Shown in pieces: positions 62,359 to 64,000 of a stretch of DNA of 64,000 nt. This DNA is from Kribbella sp. (GTDB lineage Bacteria; Actinomycetota; Actinomycetes; Propionibacteriales; Kribbellaceae): the NCBI GenBank assembly GCA_036503355.1, contig DASXXB010000096.1, positions 41,776 through 105,775 of the forward strand. Direction: 5' to 3'. The position numbers and the translations under genes were made by a program. Under the pieces are notes generated by a model, which saw only the letters and a program-made list of their open reading frames with translations, did no database searches and was not told the DNA's origin. The first letter of the stretch is position 1. Every line of letters starts with the position of its first letter.

Positions 62359-64000
62359 GTGAGGTTGTTCAGACCTGGGGGGCTCGCACTCGCCCTCGCG
62401 CTGGTGGCGGGCATTACCGCCACCGGCCCGGCGGCCGCCGAAGACACGAAGACCGTGTCCTATCGCGGCTACCAAGTGACTGTCCCGTCCACCTGGCCGG
62501 TGGTCGACCTGGCCGCCGACCCGACCGCCTGTGTGCGCCTCGACCGCCCTGCGGTGTACCTCGGCCGCAGTACGGCGCAGGCCGACTGCCCGGCGCACCT
62601 GGTCGGCCGGAGCTCCGGCCTGATCCTGGAACCGCTGACCACGACGCAGGCGTCCAGCGACGGTCTGCTGCGCCGTGCGGTCGCCGATGCCGGCGTACTC
62701 GCGACGGCGTACTACGCACCGGGCGGCGAGCAGGCGGCGTACGACGTGCTCGGCACCGGCCGCGTCGTGTCCAAGACGCCGTCCGCGCGAGTGGCTCAGC
62801 AGGCCACGGTCGCTCCGTCGGTGGTTGCTACCGGCAACTTCGCCGGTGCCGGGTTCGACACCTGCACTGCGCCGAGTCAGGCCGCGATGGACGCCTGGCG
62901 GCCGAAGTACCAGGGCATCGGCATCTACATCAGCGGTAGTACGCGGGCCTGTGCCCAGCCGAACCTGACCGCGAGCTGGGTGTCGGCGAACGCGGCGAAG
63001 GGCTGGCAGTTCCTGCTGATCGACGTCGGCTATCAGGCGCCGTGCTCGACGCTCAAGAACAAGATGTCGTCGATCGCGTCGACGGCCCGGATCCAGGGCC
63101 AGAACGCCGCGATCAACGCCGTCGCTGCCGCGCAGGCGCTCGGGTTCGCCCAGCGGAGCGCGATCTACAGCGACATCGAGTCCTACGCCTCGAACGCGGC
63201 CTGCGCCGCGGTCGTGCTGTCCTACCTGAGCGGGTGGACGCAGACGCTGAACGCCCGTGGGTATGTCGGTGGTGCGTACGTCGCAGCGGCCTCGGGTGGT
63301 GTCGATCTGGCCAAGGCCTACACCAGCACGGCGTACACGCGTCCGGACAACATCTGGTTCGCTGACACGGCGTCGACGACGCTCGGCACGAGCTCACGGA
63401 TCCCGGCCACCTACTGGAGCAATCACCAGCGCGTCCATCAGTACGCCCTCGACGTCAGCGAGACCAACGGCGGCGTCACGATGTCGATCGACCGGAACTA
63501 CCTGAACCTGACAGCTCCGCCGCCGCCCGTCAGCAGCTTCGGCGTCACCGGAGGAGTCGCAGCCGCGGGGCTGCGCTGGACGAAGCCGGCCAACACCACG
63601 CTCGGCCAGATCATGGTCCGCAGCGCGGTCGGGTCGACTCCGCCGGCGCTGACCACGTCGGGGACGGCGGTCTACAACGGTACGGCGAGCATGTACACGC
63701 AGACCGGCCTCTCGAATTCGGCCAGCTACGCGTACCGGGTGTGGGTGAAGGACAGCCGCGGCAAGGTTGGACCAGGCGTCGACGTACGGCTGGTGGGCTC
63801 GAAGGCCACGATCGGGACGAGCCCCGCGTCGATCATGTACACAGGCGCAGTCACGCTCTCGACGGCCGTCACGCGGCTGGACGGCGGTAAGCTGGCCGGC
63901 GTGCCGGTGGTGTTGTACGCGAAGGCGAAGACCGCGAGCAAGTGGTCGACGGTCGGGTCGTTCACGTCCGACGCGAACGGGATCGTGAAGACGACCCAGA
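62359..64000 (+). CDS. Secreted DUF1906 (GH25-like) cell-wall hydrolase with C-terminal Fn3/beta-rich domains; partial, runs off the window
   Basis: Absent from the ORF track (no stop in the window). GTG start, MRLFRPGGLALALALVAG signal, GFDTCTAPS..AMDAW, GIYISG..RAC.QPNLT, YSDIESY, QRVHQY. Confidence 0.85.
   Translation, partial: MRLFRPGGLALALALVAGITATGPAAAEDTKTVSYRGYQVTVPSTWPVVDLAADPTACVRLDRPAVYLGRSTAQADCPAHLVGRSSGLILEPLTTTQASSDGLLRRAVADAGVLATAYYAPGGEQAAYDVLGTGRVVSKTPSARVAQQATVAPSVVATGNFAGAGFDTCTAPSQAAMDAWRPKYQGIGIYISGSTRACAQPNLTASWVSANAAKGWQFLLIDVGYQAPCSTLKNKMSSIASTARIQGQNAAINAVAAAQALGFAQRSAIYSDIESYASNAACAAVVLSYLSGWTQTLNARGYVGGAYVAAASGGVDLAKAYTSTAYTRPDNIWFADTASTTLGTSSRIPATYWSNHQRVHQYALDVSETNGGVTMSIDRNYLNLTAPPPPVSSFGVTGGVAAAGLRWTKPANTTLGQIMVRSAVGSTPPALTTSGTAVYNGTASMYTQTGLSNSASYAYRVWVKDSRGKVGPGVDVRLVGSKATIGTSPASIMYTGAVTLSTAVTRLDGGKLAGVPVVLYAKAKTASKWSTVGSFTSDANGIVKTTQ

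Noticed and set aside
1..64000. tRNA/rRNA genes, IS elements, prophage
   Set aside because: No cloverleaf or rRNA signatures, transposase, integrase or phage genes recognised by eye; a tRNAscan/Rfam/ISEScan run would be definitive.

Overview
High-GC actinobacterial chromosomal window (gene content and style suggest Kribbella or a related Propionibacteriales; this is an inference) with about 63 densely packed CDS. I saw no rRNA, tRNA, CRISPR array, transposase or integrase. It is a mosaic of small accessory modules. Redox and regulator pairs: TetR-oxidoreductase, TetR-SDR, WYL-VOC, ECF41-SnoaL, ECF42-DGPF, a KmtR-like regulator with a CDF exporter, and a ChrB-like regulator with an MFS. Carbon use: hemicellulose enzymes (secreted GH43, Tat-exported GH67, GH51, LacI) and acetyl-phosphate metabolism (pta-ackA, phosphoketolase). 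DNA repair: RecQ, Fpg/Nei, a SNF2-like helicase, a UdgX with a variant GETPG motif, and an accessory LexA. Also present are a VKOR/DUF929 disulfide module, an AurF-like diiron oxygenase with a ferredoxin-reductase fusion, and a secreted DUF1906 hydrolase that runs off the right edge. Many cognate operator and promoter candidates can be read directly from the intergenic DNA. The best candidates for undescribed biology are the DUF929-VKOR pair, the UdgX variant, the cupin/NTF2/ATPase-less regulator triad, the stand-alone AurF-reductase pair and the membrane-anchored ACT protein. All family calls come from motif recognition by eye; no database searches were run.
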